Assembly: GCA_964188305.1 (NCBI GenBank)
Contig: OZ076885.1
Origin: Podarcis bocagei
Lineage: Eukaryota
Reading direction: 5' to 3' (one strand)
DNA length: 64,000 bases
Of this stretch, positions 61,898 through 64,000 are shown one piece after another; positions within the stretch are counted from its first letter, which is position 1, and each line of letters opens with the position of its first letter. The notes under the pieces are model-generated. The model had not been told where the DNA came from, did no database searches, and was given only the letters and a program-made list of their open reading frames with translations. Position numbers and translations under genes: made by a program.

Positions 61898-62721
61898 CTG
61901 TTTAAAAACAACAACAATGCATAATTTGTAATGGCATTTTCCAAATTATTCCTCGAATTAACAGACTTGTGGAGGCCAGAACATTTCTCTACAAAGATCC
62001 ATTCATATTTTTTAATGGTCACTGATTGTCAGCTTATAATCAGAAAACTGGTCTTGGTTTATTGGTAACTAGAAAGTATACAAATGTATGGCAAATAGCC
62101 TTGGCTGAGAAGCTAACAAAGGTTAGAAACAGGACAATTTCAATACAGACTGGTATTGCTTCATTGCACACATCAACAGTCACTAAAACTACAACAAACT
62201 CCAAGCCAAACCCTACGTTTGGTTCTCCAGCTTTGCCTTCTCTTCTGATTCTACAGCAGAGGTTCCAACAGGAAAGAAGGACCCGTATGAGAAGAGTTCC
62301 TCTCATCACATACTCTAGTTCAGGTACAGCCCTCCTGGGACTTTTCAATTTCTCTGGTTCTGCTGTAGGCCTTCACTGGGAAGGTACTTGAAGGACTTGG
62401 CACTGGTGAGCGCATAAGCTCCCTGCACTTTTTCTTGGAGAGCAACAGGGCAGCTCTACAAGTTAGCCAAGAGCTAAGTGCAGGTTTCAAACATGGAATT
62501 TGTATAAAGCACTGAAAGCTTTTGTCATTTGTCTCTGTAGAGCAGGGGTGTTCTGCAGTTCAAAAGTTCTTTGCAGTTCACAATTAGTCTAAAGAGGATG
62601 GGGTATGGAGGGAAATTCCGAAAGAGCACCATCAGCATACAATTTGCGGACTTGTTTCATTGGACCATATAGTTAAAATCTTGCACTTTCAAGTAGCAGA
62701 TTTAAGTGCAAGAATATTTAC

Positions 62722-62796
62722 CTTATCTAACCAGAGTGCATGTTGGTTATCCTGGATTCTCCCCCGGCTTGTAAAAAAGAACTTAGAAAATGGAAT
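62722..62796 (-). CDS. NDUFAF1: NDUFAF1 penultimate exon
   Basis: 75 nt; [25 protein letters not shown]|gtaaat. Confidence 0.95.
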
Positions 62797-63683
62797 CTGC
62801 CAATAAGAAATTATTTGTTATTGTTGTTTATTAAATTTATATACTGCTCTTCACAAGATCTCAGGGCTGTTCACAGAATAAAATACAAGATAAAAACACA
62901 AGTAAATACTTAAAACAACAACAATAACCTCCCCCGTCTCCCTTTAGTCAGAAGCAAGCATATTTTAGGTAACTGGTAGCAAGTGCCTTCATGCAGCTCA
63001 TAATTTCATATTGTGATTTTCATAGTGGTGCTGGCTCTGAATACAAAGCAGGTGTGTATATATATATGTATGTGTGTGTACTCACACTGGGATGGCTATG
63101 TAGCTAAGTTTTTTCCTACCCATTACTATTTATAATCCCTGTCACTTGTGGATAATGCAGCATTCTCTCAACTGATTAGAACTGAAAGCACAGTTATGTA
63201 CAAGAACAGGAAGATCTTTAAAAGAACAAAATAAGTTATGGAGCAGCTAGAATGAAGGATTGGTCAAGCTATCTGTCTAGGAGGAATTACCACAGGTAAA
63301 TGGAAATCTGCATGACAAAGACACATATTAACACTTGAGATTTTCAACACTATATAAACTCAACAGAATAATGCTGCATTCATGATGCAGTAGTAGCAGA
63401 ATACTTTTCAATAAAGCTTCGTTTTTTAAAACCATATTACTATTAACTATGCAAGTGCTGTTATAGTTTCACAATGCTTAGCCTGCAAATCAGGAGAAAA
63501 ATAACTGAAAGCAATAATTCTGAAAATACAACTCCATGTGACTACAGTCACTCCTGTGCCAAATACATATCTCCCAAAATAGCCTTGTCAATAGTTTGCT
63601 GAAGTCTGCAAAGAAGATACAATTGTACATACATACAGGCTACCTATATGCTTAATTAGCTATTATTATTTTAAAAATTTGTA

Positions 63684-64000
63684 AGGTAAAGGTACCCCTG
63701 ATTATTAGGTCCAGTCGTGGACGACTGACTCTGAGATTGCGCGTTCATCTCGCTCTATAGGCTGAGGGAGCCAGCGTTTGTCCACAGACAGTTTTCCGGG
63801 TCATGACTAAGCTGCTTCTGGAGAACCAGAGCAGCGCATGGAAACGCTGTTTACCTTCCCCCTATTTCTCTACTTGCACTTTTGGTGTGCTTTCGAACTG
63901 CTAGGGTGGCAGGAGCTGAGACAGAGCAACAGGAGCTCACCCTGTCGCAGGGATTCGAACCGCCAACCTTCTGACTGGCAAGCCCTAGGCTTTGTGGTTT
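63684..64000 (-). mobile_element. Sauria/Squam1 SINE, cut by the window end
   Basis: Homologous to 3951-4307. Confidence 0.85.

Noticed and set aside
62026-62391. Opposing ORFs in the last NDUFAF1 intron
   Set aside because: The flanking NDUFAF1 exons join in frame without them; no recognisable domain.

Overview
Vertebrate genomic DNA from a squamate reptile, probably a lacertid lizard (inferred from its Sauria/Squam1 SINEs, Bov-B tail and Penelope elements). It carries the conserved block CHP1(+) - OIP5-AS1/Cyrano lncRNA(+) - OIP5(-) - NUSAP1(+) - NDUFAF1(-). Read by hand with consistent splice sites and phases: CHP1 exons 2-7 (exon 1 is upstream of the window), all 5 OIP5 coding exons (233 aa), 12 NUSAP1 coding exons (449 aa, including a candidate 39-nt exon and a GC-AG last intron) and the last two NDUFAF1 exons. 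The most notable element is absent from the ORF track: the lncRNA Cyrano. It has a CpG-island promoter, a Met-Ala-Glu-stop micro-ORF in a YY1/TISU-like motif, candidate internal exons and a long last exon. That exon holds a near-perfect miR-7 site at 32482-32507 (the known trigger of target-directed miRNA degradation), an adjacent hairpin arm identical to the miR-7 3' end, and a 3'-supplemented miR-92 site. Mobile elements include Penelope elements with GIY-YIG coding sequence and minimal hammerhead ribozymes, nested insertions, a DIRS 3' end and a Tc1/mariner MITE filled with palindromic 148-bp units. Gene and repeat names come from recalled orthologue and consensus sequences, not from database searches.
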